Source: Nemertoderma westbladi (Eukaryota; Animalia; Xenacoelomorpha). From it: a stretch of 64,000 nucleotides of DNA. Numbering within the stretch: the first letter of the stretch is position 1; each line of letters starts with the position of its first letter. Below the pieces are notes generated by a model. The model had not been told where the DNA came from. It did not search any database and saw only the letters and a program-made list of their open reading frames with translations. Where the stretch lies: NCBI GenBank assembly GCA_032718475.1, contig JAUCBJ010000176.1, positions 22,758-86,757 of the forward strand, in the 5' to 3' direction. The position numbers and the translations under genes were made by a program. This document shows, one piece after another, positions 15,001-30,000 of this stretch.

Positions 15001-18000
15001 AGACAAAACCAGAACGAGATAGGTCGGGGTTGAGACAAAACGAGATAGGTCGGGGTTGAGACAAAACGAGATAGGTCGGGGTTGAGACAAAACGAGATAG
15101 GTCGGGGTTGAGACAAAACGAGATAGGTCGGGGTTGAGACAAAACCAGAACGATATAGGTCGGGGTTGAGACAAAACGAGATAGGTCGGGGTTGAGACAA
15201 AACGAGATAGGTCGGGGTTGAGACAAAACGAGAACGAGATAGGTCGGGGTTAAGACAAAACCAGAACGAGATAGGTCGGGGTTGAGACAAAACCAGAACG
15301 AGATAGGTCGGGGTTGAGACAAAACGAGATAGGTCGGGGTTGAGACAAAACGAGATAGGTCGGGGTTGAGACAAAACGAGATAGGTCGGGGTTGAGACAA
15401 AACGAGATAGGTCGGGGTTGAGACAAAACCAGAACGATATAGGTCGGGGTTGAGACAAAACGAGATAGGTCGGGGTTGAGACAAAACGAGATAGGTCGGG
15501 GTTGAGACAAAACGAGATAGGTCGGGGTTGAGACAAAACGAGATAGGTCGGGGTTGAGACAAAACGAGATAGGTCAGGGTTGAGACGAAACCAGAACGAG
15601 ATAGGTCGGGGTTGAGACAAAACGAGATAGGTCGGGGTTGAGACAAAACGAGATAGGTCGGGGTTGAGACAAAACGAGATAGATCGGGGTTGAGACAAAA
15701 CCAGAACGAGATAGGTCGGGGTTCAGACAAAACGAGATAGGTCGGAGTTGAGACAAAACCAGAACGAGATAGGTCGGGGTTGAGACAAAACCAGAACGAG
15801 ATAGGTCGGGGTTGAGACAAAACGAGATAGGTCGGGGTTGAGACGAAACCAGAACGAGATAGGTCGGGGTTGAGACAAAACGAGATAGGTCGGGGTTGAG
15901 ACAAAACCAGAACGAGATAGGTCGGGGTTGAGACAAAACGAGATAGGTCGGGGTTGAGACAAAACGAGATAGGTCGGGGTTGAGACGAAACCAGAACGAG
16001 ATAGGTCGGGGTTGAGACGAAACCAGAACGAGATAGGTCGGGGTTGAGACAAAACGAGAACGAGATAGGTCGGGGTTGAGACAAAACGAGATAGGTCGGG
16101 GTTGAGACAAAACGAGATAGGTCGGGGTTGAGACAAAACGAGAACGAGATAGGTCGGGGTTGAGACAAAACGAGAACGAGATAGGTCGGGGTTGAGACAA
16201 AACGAGAACGAGATAGGTCGGGGTTGAGACAAAACGAGATAGGTCGGGGTTGAGACAAAACGAGATAGGTCGGGGTTGAGACAAAACGAGAACGAGATAG
16301 GTCGGGGTTGAGACAAAACCAGAACGAGATAGGTCGGGGTTGAGACGAAACGAGATAGGTCGGGGTTGAGACAAAACGAGATAGGTCGGGGTTGAGACAA
16401 AACGAGAACGAGATAGGTCGGGGTTGCGACAAAACCAGAACGAGATAGGTCGGGGTTGAGACAAAACGAGAACGAGATAGGTCGGGGTTGAGACAAAACC
16501 AGAACGAGATAGGTCGGGGTTCAGACAAAACCAGAACGAGATAGGTCGGGGTTCAGACAAAACGAGATAGGTCGGGGTTGAGACAAAACCAGAACGAGAT
16601 AGGTCGGGGTTGAGACAAAACGAGAACGAGATAGGTCGGGGTTGAGACAAAACGAGAACGAGATAGGTCGGGGTTGAGACAAAACGAGATAGGTCGGGGT
16701 TGAGACAAAACGAGATAGGTCGGGGTTGAGACAAAACAAGAACGAGATAGGTCGGGGTTGAGAAAACCAGAACGAGATAGGTCGGGGTTGAGACGAAACG
16801 AGATAGGTCGGGGTTGAGACAAAACGAGATAGGTCGGGGTTGAGACAAAACGAGAACGAGATAGGTCGGGGTTGAGACAAAACGAGATAGGTCGGGGTTG
16901 AGACAAAACGAGATAGGTCGGGGTTGAGACAAAACGAGAACGAGATAGGTCGGGGTTAAGACAAAACAAGAACGAGATAGGTCGGGGTTGAGACAAAACG
17001 AGAACGAGATAGGTCGGGGTTGAGACAAAACGAGATAGGTCGGGGTTGAGACAAAACGAGATAGGTCGGGGTTGAGACAAAACGAGAACGAGATAGGTCG
17101 GGGTTGAGACAAAACCAGAACGAGATAGGTCGGGGTTGAGACAAAACGAAACGAGATAGGTCGGGGTTGAGACAAAACGAGAACGAGATAGGTCGGGGTT
17201 GAGACAAAACGAGATAGGTCGGGGTTGAGACAAAACGAGATAGGTCGGGGTTGAGACAAAACAAGAACGAGATAGGTCGGGGTTGAGACAAAACCAGAAC
17301 GAGATAGGTCGGGGTTGAGACGAAACGAGATAGGTCGGGGTTGAGACAAAACGAGATAGGTCGGGGTTGAGACAAAACGAGAACGAGATAGGTCGGGGTT
17401 GAGACAAAACGAGATAGGTCGGGGTTGAGACAAAACGAGATAGGTCGGGGTTGAGACAAAACGAGAACGAGATAGGTCGGGGTTAAGACAAAACCAGAAC
17501 GAGATAGGTCGGGGTTGAGACAAAACGAGAACGAGATAGGTCGGGGTTGAGACAAAACGAGATAGGTCGGGGTTGAGACAAAACGAGATAGGTCGGGGTT
17601 GAGACAAAACGAGAACGAGATAGGTCGGGGTTGAGACAAAACGAGAACGAGATAGGTCGGGGTTGAGACAAAACGAGATAGGTCGGGGTTGAGACAAAAC
17701 GAGATAGGTCGGGGTTGAGACAAAACGAGAACGAGATAGGTCGGGGTTAAGACAAAACCAGAACGAGATAGGTCGGGGTTGAGACAAAACGAGAACGAGA
17801 TAGGTCGGGGTTTAGACAAAACGAGAACGAGATAGGTCGGGGTTGAGACAAAACGAGATAGGTCGGGGTTGAGACAAAACGAGATAGGTCGGGGTTGAGA
17901 CAAAACGAGATAGGTCGGGGTTGAGACAAAACGAGAACGAGATAGGTCGGGGTTAAGACAAAACCAGAACGAGATAGGTCGGGGTTGAGACAAAACGAGA

Positions 18001-21000
18001 TAGGTCGGGGTTGAGACAAAGCGAGAACGAGATAGGTCGGGGTTGAGACAAAACGAGAACGAGATAGGTCGGGGTTGAGACAAAACGAGAACGAGATAGG
18101 TCGGGGTTGAGACAAAACGAGATAGGTCGGGGTTGAGACAAAACCAGAACGAGATAGGTCGGGGTTGAGACAAAACGAGAACGAGATAGGTCGGGGTTGA
18201 GACAAAACGAGAACGAGATAGGTCGGGGTTGAGACAAAACGAGATAGGTCGGGGTTGAGACAAAACGAGATAGGTCGGGGTTGAGACAAAACGAGAACGA
18301 GATAGGTCGGGGTTAAGACAAAACCAGAACGAGATAGGTCGGGGTTGAGACAAAACGAGATAGGTCGGGGTTGAGACAAAACGAGAACGAGATAGGTCGG
18401 GGTTGAGACAAAACGAGATAGGTCGGGGTTGAGACAAAACCAGAACGAGATAGGTCAGGGTTGAGACAAAACGAGAACGAGATAGGTCGGGGTTGAGACA
18501 AAACGAGAACGAGATAGGTTGGGGTTGAGACAAAACGAGATAGGTCGGGGTTGAGACAAAACGAGATAGGTCGGGGTTGAGACAAAACGAGAACGAGATA
18601 GGTCGGGGTTAAGACAAAACCAGAACGAGATAGGGCGGGGTTGAGACAAAACGAGATAGGTCGGGGTTGAGACAAAACGAGAACGAGATAGGTCGGGGTT
18701 GAGACAAAACGAGAACGAGATAGGTCGGGGTTGAGACAAAACGAGATAGGTCGGGGTTGAGACAAAACGAGATAGGTCGGGGTTGAGACAAAACGAGAAC
18801 GAGATAGGTCGGGGTTAAGACAAAACCAGAACGAGATAGGTCGGGGTTGAGACAAAACCAGAACGAGATAGGTCGGGGTTGAGACAAAACGAGATAGGTC
18901 GGGGTTGAGACAAAACGAGATAGGTCGGGGTTGAGACAAAACGAGATAGGTCGGGGTTGAGACGAAACCAGAACGAGATAGGTCGGGGTTGAGACAAAAC
19001 GAGATAGGTCGGGGTTGAGACAAAACGAGATAGGTCGGGGTTGAGACAAAACGAGATAGGTCGGGGTTGAGACAAAACGAGATAGGTCGGGGTTGAGACA
19101 AAACCAGAACGAGATAGGTCGGGGTTCAGACAAAACGAGATAGGTCGGAGTTGAGACAAAACCAGAACGAGATAGGTCGGGGTTGAGACAAAACCAGAAC
19201 GAGATAGGTCGGGGTTGAGACAAAACGAGATAGGTCGGGGTTGAGACGAAACCAGAACGAGATAGGTCGGGGTTGAGACAAAACGAGATAGGTCGGGGTT
19301 GAGACAAAACCAGAACGAGATAGGTCGGGGTTGAGACAAAACGAGATAGGTCGGGGTTGAGACAAAACGAGATAGGTCGGGGTTGAGACGAAACCAGAAC
19401 GAGATAGGTCGGGGTTGAGACGAAACCAGAACGAGATAGGTCGGGGTTGAGACAAAACGAGAACGAGATAGGTCGGGGTTGAGACAAAACGAGATAGGTC
19501 GGGGTTGAGACAAAACGAGATAGGTCGGGGTTGAGACAAAACGAGAACGAGATAGGTCGGGGTTGAGACAAAACGAGAACGAGATAGGTCGGGGTTGAGA
19601 CAAAACGAGAACGAGATAGGTCGGGGTTGAGACAAAACGAGATAGGTCGGGGTTGAGACAAAACGAGATAGGTCGGGGTTGAGACAAAACGAGAACGAGA
19701 TAGGTCGGGGTTAAGACAAAACCAGAACGAGATAGGTCGGGGTTGAGACAAAACGAGAACGAGATAGGTCGGGGTTGAGAGAAAACCAGAACGAGATAGG
19801 TCGGGGTTGAGACAAAACGAGATAGGTCGGGGTTGAGACAAAACCAGAACGAGATAGGTCAGGGTTGAGACAAAACGAGAACGAGATAGGTCGGGGTTGA
19901 GACAAAACGAGAACGAGATAGGTCGGGGTTGAGACAAAACGAGATAGGTCGGGGTTGAGACAAAACGAGATAGGTCGGGGTTGAGACAAAACGAGAACGA
20001 GATAGGTCGGGGTTAAGACAAAACCAGAACGAGATAGGTCGGGGTTGAGACAAAACGAGATAGGTCGGAGTTGAGACAAAACGAGAACGAGATAGGTCGG
20101 GGTTGAGACAAAACGAGAACGAGATAGGTCGGGGTTGAGACAAAACGAGAACGAGATAGGTCGGGGTTGAGACAAAACGAGATAGGTCGGGGTTGAGACA
20201 AAACGAGATAGGTCGGGGTTGAGACAAAACCAGAACGAGATAGGTCGGGGTTGAGACAAAACCAGAACGAGATAGGTCGGGGTTGAGACGAAACCAGAAC
20301 GAGATAGGTCGGGGTTGAGACAAAACGAGATAGGTCGGGGTTGAGACAAAACGAGATAGGTCGGGGTTGAGACAAAACGAGATAGGTCGGGGTTGAGACA
20401 AAACGAGATAGGTCGGGGTTGAGACAAAACCAGAACGATATAGGTCGGGGTTGAGACAAAACGAGATAGGTCGGGGTTGAGACAAAACGAGATAGGTCGG
20501 GGTTGAGACAAAACGAGATAGGTCGGGGTTAAGACAAAACCAGAACGAGATAGGTCGGGGTTGAGACAAAACCAGAACGAGATAGGTCGGGGTTGAGACA
20601 AAACGAGATAGGTCGGGGTTGAGACAAAACGAGATAGGTCGGGGTTGAGACAAAACGAGATAGGTCGGGGTTGAGACAAAACGAGATAGGTCGGGGTTGA
20701 GACAAAACCAGAACGATATAGGTCGGGGTTGAGACAAAACGAGATAGGTCGGGGTTGAGACAAAACGAGATAGGTCGGGGTTGAGACAAAACGAGATAGG
20801 TCGGGGTTGAGACAAAACGAGATAGGTCGGGGTTGAGACGAAACCAGAACGAGATAGGTCGGGTTGAGACAAAACGAGATAGGTCGGTGTTGAGACAAAA
20901 CGAGATAGGTCGGGGTTGAGACAAAACGAGATAGGTCGGGGTTGAGACAAAACCAGAACGAGATAGGTCGGGGTTCAGACAAAACGAGATAGGTCGGAGT

Positions 21001-24000
21001 TGAGACAAAACCAGAACGAGATAGGTCGGGGTTGAGACAAAACCAGAACGAGATAGGTCGGGGTTGAGACAAAACGAGATAGGTCGGGGTTGAGACGAAA
21101 CCAGAACGAGATAGGTCGGGGTTGAGACAAAACGAGATAGGTCGGGGTTGAGACAAAACCAGAACGAGATAGGTCGGGGTTGAGACAAAACGAGATAGGT
21201 CGGGGTTGAGACAAAACGAGATAGGTCGGGGTTGAGACGAAACCAAAACGAGATAGGTCGGGGTTGAGACAAATCGAGAACGAGATAGGTCAGGGTTGAG
21301 ACAAAACGAGATAGGTCGGGGTTGAGACAAAACGAGATAGGTCGGGGTTGAGACGAAACCAGAACGAGATAGGTCGGGGTTGAGACGAAACCAGAACGAG
21401 ATAGGTCGGGGTTGAGACAAAACCAAAACGAGATAGGTCGGGGTTGAGACAAAACCAGAACGAGATAGGTCGGGGTTCAGACAAAACAAGAACGAGATAG
21501 GTCGGGGTTGAGACAAAACCAGAACGAGATAGGTCGGGGTTCAGACAAAACCAGAACGAGATAGGTCGGGGTTGAGACAAAACGATATAGGTCGGGGTTG
21601 AGACAACACGAGAACGAGTTAGGTCGGGGTTCAGACAAAACCAGAACGAGATAGGTCGGGGTTGAGACAAAACCAGAACGAGATAGGTCGGGGTTCAGAC
21701 AAAACGAGAACGAGATAGGTCGGGGTTGCGACAAAACCAGAACGAGATAGGTCGGGGTTGAGACAAAACGAGATAGGTCGGGGTTGAGACAAAACCAGAA
21801 CGAGATAGGTCGGGGTTGCGACAAAACCAGAACGAGATAGGTCGGGGTTGAGACAAAACGAGAACGAGATAGGTCGGGGTTGAGACAAAACCAGAACGAG
21901 ATAGGTCGGGGTTGAGACAAAACGAGAACGAGATAGGTCGGGGTTGAGACAAAACCAGAACGAGATAGGTCGGGGTTGCGACAAAACCAGAACGAGATAG
22001 GTCGGGGTTGAGACAAAACGAGAACGAGATAGGTCGGGGTTCAGACAAAACCAGAACGAGATAGGTCGGGGTTCAGACAAAACGAGATAGGTCGGGGTTG
22101 AGACAAAACCAGAACGAGATAGGTCGGGGTTGAGACAAAACGAGAACGAGATAGGTCGGGGTTGAGACAAAACGAGATAGGTCGTGGTTGAGACAAAACG
22201 AGATAGGTCGGGGTTGAGACAAAACAAGAACGAGATAGGTCGGGGTTGAGACAAAACCAGAACGAGATAGGTCGGGGTTGAGACGAAACGAGATAGGTCG
22301 GGGTTGAGACAAAACGAGATAGGTCGGGGTTGAGACAAAACGAGATAGGTCGGGGTTGAGACAAAACGAGAACGAGATAGGTCGGGGTTGAGACAAAACG
22401 AGATAGGTCAGGGTTGAGACAAAACGAGATAGGTCGGGGTTGAGACAAAACGAGAACGAGATAGGTCGGGGTTAAGACAAAACCAGAACGAGATAGGTCG
22501 GGGTTGAGACAAAACGAGAACGAGATAGGTCAGGGTTGAGACAAAACGAGATAGGTCGGGGTTGAGACAAAACGAGAACGAGATAGGTCGGGGTTGAGAC
22601 AAAACGAGATAGGTCGGGGTTGAGACAAAACGAGATAGGTCGGGGTTGAGACAAAACGAGAACGAGATAGGTCGGGGTTGAGACAAAACGAGAACGAGAT
22701 AGGTCGGGGTTGAGACAAAACGAGAACGAGATAGGTCGGGGTTGAGACAAAACGAGATAGGTCGGGGTTGAGACAAAACGAGATAGGTCGGGGTTGAGAC
22801 AAAACGAGAACGAGATAGGTCGGGGTTAAGACAAAACCAGAACGAGATAGGTCGGGGTTGAGACAAAACGAGAACGAGATAGGTCGGGGTTGAGAGAAAA
22901 CCAGAACGAGATAGGTCGGGGTTGAGACAAAACGAGATAGGTCGGGGTTGAGACAAAACCAGAACGAGATAGGTCAGGGTTGAGACAAAACGAGAACGAG
23001 ATAGGTCGGGGTTGAGACAAAACGAGAACGAGATAGGTCGGGGTTGAGACAAAACGAGATAGGTCGGGGTTGAGACAAAACGAGATAGGTCGGGGTTGAG
23101 ACAAAACGAGAACGAGATAGGTCGGGGTTAAGACAAAACCAGAACGAGATAGGTCGGGGTTGAGACAAAACGAGATAGGTCGGGGTTGAGACAAAACGAG
23201 AACGAGATAGGTCGGGGTTGAGACAAAACGAGAACGAGATAGGTCGGGGTTGAGACAAAACGAGAACGAGATAGGTCGGGGTTGAGACAAAACGAGATAG
23301 GTCGGGGTTGAGACAAAACGAGATAGGTCGGGGTTGAGACAAAACCAGAACGAGATAGGTCGGGGTTGAGACAAAACCAGAACGAGATAGGTCGGGGTTG
23401 AGACGAAACCAGAACGAGATAGGTCGGGGTTGAGACAAAACGAGATAGGTCGGGGTTGAGACAAAACGAGATAGGTCGGGGTTGAGACAAAACGAGATAG
23501 GTCGGGGTTGAGACAAAACGAGATAGGTCGGGGTTGAGACAAAACCAGAACGATATAGGTCGGGGTTGAGACAAAACGAGATAGGTCGGGGTTGAGACAA
23601 AACGAGATAGGTCGGGGTTGAGACAAAACGAGATAGGTCGGGGTTAAGACAAAACCAGAACGAGATAGGTCGGGGTTGAGACAAAACCAGAACGAGATAG
23701 GTCGGGGTTGAGACAAAACGAGATAGGTCGGGGTTGAGACAAAACGAGATAGGTCGGGGTTGAGACAAAACGAGATAGGTCGGGGTTGAGACAAAACGAG
23801 ATAGGTCGGGGTTGAGACAAAACCAGAACGATATAGGTCGGGGTTGAGACAAAACGAGATAGGTCGGGGTTGAGACAAAACGAGATAGGTCGGGGTAGAG
23901 ACAAAACGAGATAGGTCGGGGTTGAGACAAAACGAGATAGGTCGGGGTTGAGACGAAACCAGAACGAGATAGGTCGGGGTTGAGACAAAACGAGATAGGT

Positions 24001-27000
24001 CGGTGTTGAGACAAAACGAGATAGGTCGGGGTTGAGACAAAACGAGATAGGTCGGGGTTGAGACAAAACCAGAACGAGATAGGTCGGGGTTCAGACAAAA
24101 CGAGATAGGTCGGAGTTGAGACAAAACCAGAACGAGATAGGTCGGGGTTGAGACAAAACCAGAACGAGATAGGTCGGGGTTGAGACAAAACGAGATAGGT
24201 CGGGGTTGAGACGAAACCAGAACGAGATAGGTCGGGGTTGAGACAAAACGAGATAGGTCGGGGTTGAGACAAAACCAGAACGAGATAGGTCGGGGTTGAG
24301 ACAAAACGAGATAGGTCGGGGTTGAGACAAAACGAGATAGGTCGGGGTTGAGACGAAACCAAAACGAGATAGGTCGGGGTTGAGACAAATCGAGAACGAG
24401 ATAGGTCAGGGTTGAGACAAAACGAGATAGGTCGGGGTTGAGACAAAACGAGATAGGTCGGGGTTGAGACGAAACCAGAACGAGATAGGTCGGGGTTGAG
24501 ACGAAACCAGAACGAGATAGGTCGGGGTTGAGACAAAACCAAAACGAGATAGGTCGGGGTTGAGACAAAACCAGAACGAGATAGGTCGGGGTTCAGACAA
24601 AACAAGAACGAGATAGGTCGGGGTTGAGACAAAACCAGAACGAGATAGGTCGGGGTTCAGACAAAACCAGAACGAGATAGGTCGGGGTTGAGACAAAACG
24701 ATATAGGTCGGGGTTGAGACAACACGAGAACGAGTTAGGTCGGGGTTCAGACAAAACCAGAACGAGATAGGTCGGGGTTGAGACAAAACCAGAACGAGAT
24801 AGGTCGGGGTTCAGACAAAACGAGAACGAGATAGGTCGGGGTTGCGACAAAACCAGAACGAGATAGGTCGGGGTTGAGACAAAACGAGATAGGTCGGGGT
24901 TGAGACAAAACCAGAACGAGATAGGTCGGGGTTGCGACAAAACCAGAACGAGATAGGTCGGGGTTGAGACAAAACGAGAACGAGATAGGTCGGGGTTGAG
25001 ACAAAACCAGAACGAGATAGGTCGGGGTTGAGACAAAACGAGAACGAGATAGGTCGGGGTTGAGACAAAACCAGAACGAGATAGGTCGGGGTTGCGACAA
25101 AACCAGAACGAGATAGGTCGGGGTTGAGACAAAACGAGAACGAGATAGGTCGGGGTTCAGACAAAACCAGAACGAGATAGGTCGGGGTTCAGACAAAACG
25201 AGATAGGTCGGGGTTGAGACAAAACCAGAACGAGATAGGTCGGGGTTGAGACAAAACGAGAACGAGATAGGTCGGGGTTGAGACAAAACGAGATAGGTCG
25301 TGGTTGAGACAAAACGAGATAGGTCGGGGTTGAGACAAAACAAGAACGAGATAGGTCGGGGTTGAGACAAAACCAGAACGAGATAGGTCGGGGTTGAGAC
25401 GAAACGAGATAGGTCGGGGTTGAGACAAAACGAGATAGGTCGGGGTTGAGACAAAACGAGATAGGTCGGGGTTGAGACAAAACGAGAACGAGATAGGTCG
25501 GGGTTGAGACAAAACGAGATAGGTCAGGGTTGAGACAAAACGAGATAGGTCGGGGTTGAGACAAAACGAGAACGAGATAGGTCGGGGTTAAGACAAAACC
25601 AGAACGAGATAGGTCGGGGTTGAGACAAAACGAGAACGAGATAGGTCAGGGTTGAGACAAAACGAGATAGGTCGGGGTTGAGACAAAACGAGAACGAGAT
25701 AGGTCGGGGTTGAGACAAAACGAGATAGGTCGGGGTTGAGACAAAACGAGATAGGTCGGGGTTGAGACAAAACGAGATAGGTCGGGGTTGAGACAAAACG
25801 AGAACGAGATAGGTCGGGGTTAAGACAAAACCAGAACGAGATAGGTCGGGGTTGAGACAAAACGAGATAGGTAGGGGTTGAGACAAAACCAGAACGAGAT
25901 AGGTCGGGGTTGAGACAAAACGAGATAGGTCGGGGTTGAGACAAAACGAGATAGGTCGGGGTTTAGACAAAACGAGATAGGTCGGGGTTTAGACAAAACG
26001 AGATAGGTTGGGGTTCAGACAAAACGAGAACGAGATAGGTCGGGGTTGAGACAAAACGCGATAGGTCGGGGTTGAGACAAAACGAGATAGGTCGGGGTTG
26101 AGACAAAACGAGAACGAGATAGGTCGGGGTTGAGACAAAACGAGAACGAGATAGGTCGGGGTTGAGACAAAACGAGAACGAGATAGGTCGGGGTTGAGAC
26201 AAAACCAGAACGAGATAGGTCGGGGTTGAGACAAAACGAGAACGAGATAGGTCGGGGTTGCGACAAAACCAGAACGAGATAGGTCGGGGTTAAGACAAAA
26301 CCAAAACGAGATAGGTCGGGGTTGAGACAAAACGAGAACGAGATAGGTCGGGGTTGAGACAAAACGAGAACGAGATAGGTCGGGGTTGAGACAAAACGAG
26401 AACGAGATAGGTCAGGGTTGAGACAAAACCAGAACGAGATAGGTCGGGGTTAAGACAAAACCAGAACGAGATAGGTCGGGGTTGAGACAAAACCAGAACG
26501 AGATAGGTCAGGGTTGAGACAAAACGAGATAGGTCGGGGTTGAGACAAAACCAGAACGAGATAGGTCAGGGTTGAGACAAAACGAGATAGGTCGGGGTTG
26601 AGACAAAACGAGATAGGTCGGGGTTGAGACAAAACCAGAACGAGATAGGTCGGGGTTGAGACAAAACCAGAACGAGATAGGTCGGGGTTGAGACAAAACG
26701 AGATAGGTCGGGGTTGAGACAAAACCAGAACGAGATAGGTCGGGGTTGAGACAAAACCAGAACGAGATAGGTCGGGGTTGAGACAAAACGAGATAGGTCG
26801 GGGTTGAGACAAAACCAGAACGAGATAGGTCAGGGTTGAGACAAAACGAGATAGGTCGGGGTTGAGACAAAACGAGATAGGTCGGGGTTGAGACAAAACC
26901 AGAACGAGATAGGTCGGGGTTGAGACAAAACGAGATAGGTCGGGGTTGAGACAAAACGAGATAGGTCGGGGTTGAGACAAAACCAGAACGAGATAGGTCG

Positions 27001-30000
27001 GGGTTGAGACAAAACGAGAACGAGATAGGTCGGGGTTGAGACAAAACCAGAACGAGATAGGTCGGGGTTGAGACAAAACCAGAACGAGATAGGTCGCGGT
27101 TGAGACAAAACCAGAACGAGATAGGTCGGGGTTGAGACAAAACGAGAACGAGATAGGTCGGGGTTGAGACAAAACGAGATAGGTCGGGGTTGAGACAAAA
27201 CCAGAACGAGATAGGTCGGGGTTGAGACAAAACCAGAACGAGATAGGTCGGGGTTGAGACAAAACGAGATAGGTCGGGGTTTAGACGAAACCAGAACGAG
27301 ATAGGTCGGGGTTGAGACAAAACGAGATAGGTCGGGGTTGAGACAAAACGAGATAGGTCGGGGTTGAGACAAAACCAGAACGAGATAGGTCGGGGTTGAG
27401 ACAAAACGAGATAGGTCGGGGTTCAGACAAAACCAGAACGAGATAGGTCGGGGTTCAGACAAAACCAGAACGAGATAGGTCGGGGTTGAGACAAAACGAG
27501 ATAGGTCGGGGTTGAGACAAAACGAGATAGGTCGGGGTTGAGACAAAACGAGAACGAGATAGGTCGGGGTTGAGACAAAACGAGATAGGTCGGGGTTGAG
27601 ACAAAACGAGAACGAGATAGGTCGGGGTTAAGACAAAACCAGAACGAGATAGGTCGGGGTTGAGACAAAACGAGAACGAGATAGGTCGGGGTTGAGACAA
27701 AACGAGATAGGTCGGGGTTGAGACAAAACGAGAACGAGATAGGTCGGGGTTGAGACAAAACGAGATAGGTCGGGGTTGAGACAAAACGAGATAGGTCGGG
27801 GTTGAGACAAAACGAGATAGGTCGGGGTTGAGACAAAACGAGAACGAGATAGGTCGGGGTTGAGACAAAACCAGAACGAGATAGGTCGGGGTTGAGACAA
27901 AACGAGATAGGTCGGGGTTGAGACAAAACCAGAACGAGATAGGTCGGGGTTGAGACAAAACGAGATAGGTCGGGGTTAAGACAAAACCAGAACGAGATAG
28001 GTCGGGGTTGAGACAAAACGAGATAGGTCGGGGTTGAGACAAAACGAGAACGAGATAGGTCGGGGTTGAGACAAAACGAGATAGGTCGGGGTTGAGACAA
28101 AACGAGATAGGTCGGGGTTGAGACAAAACGAGAACGAGATAGGTCGGGGTTGAGACAAAACGAGATAGGTCGGGGTTGAGACAAAACGAGAACGAGATAG
28201 GTCGGGGTTGAGACAAAACGAGAACGAGATAGGTCGGGGTTGAGACAAAACGAGATAGGTCGGGGTTGAGACAAAACGAGATAGGTCGGGGTTGAGACAA
28301 AACGAGAACGAGATAGGTCGGGGTTAAGACAAAACCAGAACGAGATAGGTCGGGGTTGAGACAAAACCAGAACGAGATAGGTCGGGGTTGAGACAAAACC
28401 AGAACGAGATAGGTCGGGGTTGAGACAAAACGAGATAGGTCGGGGTTTAGACGAAACCAGAACGAGATAGGTCGGGGTTGAGACAAAACCAGAACGAGAT
28501 AGGTCGGGGTTGAGACAAAACGAGATAGGTCGGGGTTGAGACAAAACGAGATAGGTCGGGGTTGAGACAAAACCAGAACGAGATAGGTCGGGGTTGAGAC
28601 AAAACGAGATAGGTCGGGGTTGAGACGAAACGAGATAGGTCGGGGTTGAGACAAAACCAGAACGAGATAGGTCGGGGTTGAGACAAAACGAGATAGGTCG
28701 GGGTTGAGACAAAACGAGATAGGTCGGGGTTGAGACAAAACCAGAACGAGATAGGTCAGGGTTGAGACAAAACGAGAACGAGATAGGTCGGGGTTGAGAC
28801 AAAACGAGAACGAGATAGGTCGGGGTTGAGACGAAACGAGATAGGTCGGGGTTGAGACAAAACGAGATAGGTCGGGGTTGAGACAAAACGAGAACGAGAT
28901 AGGTCGGGGTTGAGACGAAACGAGATAGGTCGGGGTTGAGACAAAACGAGATAGGTCGGGGTTGAGACAAAACAAGAACGAGATAGGTCGGGGTTGAGAC
29001 AAAACCAGAACGAGATAGGTCGGGGTTGAGACGAAACGAGATAGGTCGGGGTTGAGACAAAACGAGATAGGTCGGGGTTGAGACAAAACCAGAACGATAT
29101 AGGTCGGGGTTGAGACAAAACGAGATAGGTCGGGGTTGAGACAAAACGAGAACGAGATAGGTCGGGGTTATGACAAAACCAGAACGAGATAGGTCGGGGT
29201 TGAGACAAAACCAGAACGAGATAGGTCGGGGTTGAGACAAAACGAGATAAGTCGGGGTTTAGACGAAACCAGAACGAGATAGGTTGGGGTTGAGACAAAA
29301 CCAGAACGAGATAGGTCGGGGTTGAGACAAAACGAGATAGGTCGGGGTTGAGACAAAACGAGATAGGTCGGGGTTGAGACAAAACCAGAACGAGATAGGT
29401 CGGGGTTGAGACAAAACGAGATAGGTCGGGGTTGAGACGAAACGAGATAGGTCGGGGTTGAGACAAAACCAGAACGAGATAGGTTGGGGTTGAGACAAAA
29501 CGAGATAGGTCGGGGTTGAGACGAAACGAGATAGGTCGGGGTTGAGACAAAACCAGAACGAGATAGGTCGGGGTTGAGACAAAACGAGATAGGTCGGGGT
29601 TGAGACGAAACGAGATAGGTCGGGGTTAAGACAAAACCAGAACGAGATAGGGCGGTGTTGAGACAAAACCAGAACGAGATAGGTCGGGGTTGAGACAAAA
29701 CGAGATAGGTCAGGGTTGAGACAAAACCAGAACGAGATAGGTCGGGGTTGAGACAAAACCAGAACTAGATAGGTCGGGGTTGAGACAAAACGAGAACGAG
29801 ATAGGTCGGGGTTGAGACAAAACGAAACGAGATAGGTCGGGGTTGAGACAAAACGAAACGAGATAGGTCGGGGTTGAGACAAAACCAGAATGAGATAGGT
29901 CGGGGTTGAGACGAAACGAGATAGGTCGGGGTTGAGACAAAACCAGAACGAGATAGGTCGGGGTTGAGACAAAACGAGATAGGTCGGGGTTGAGACAAAA

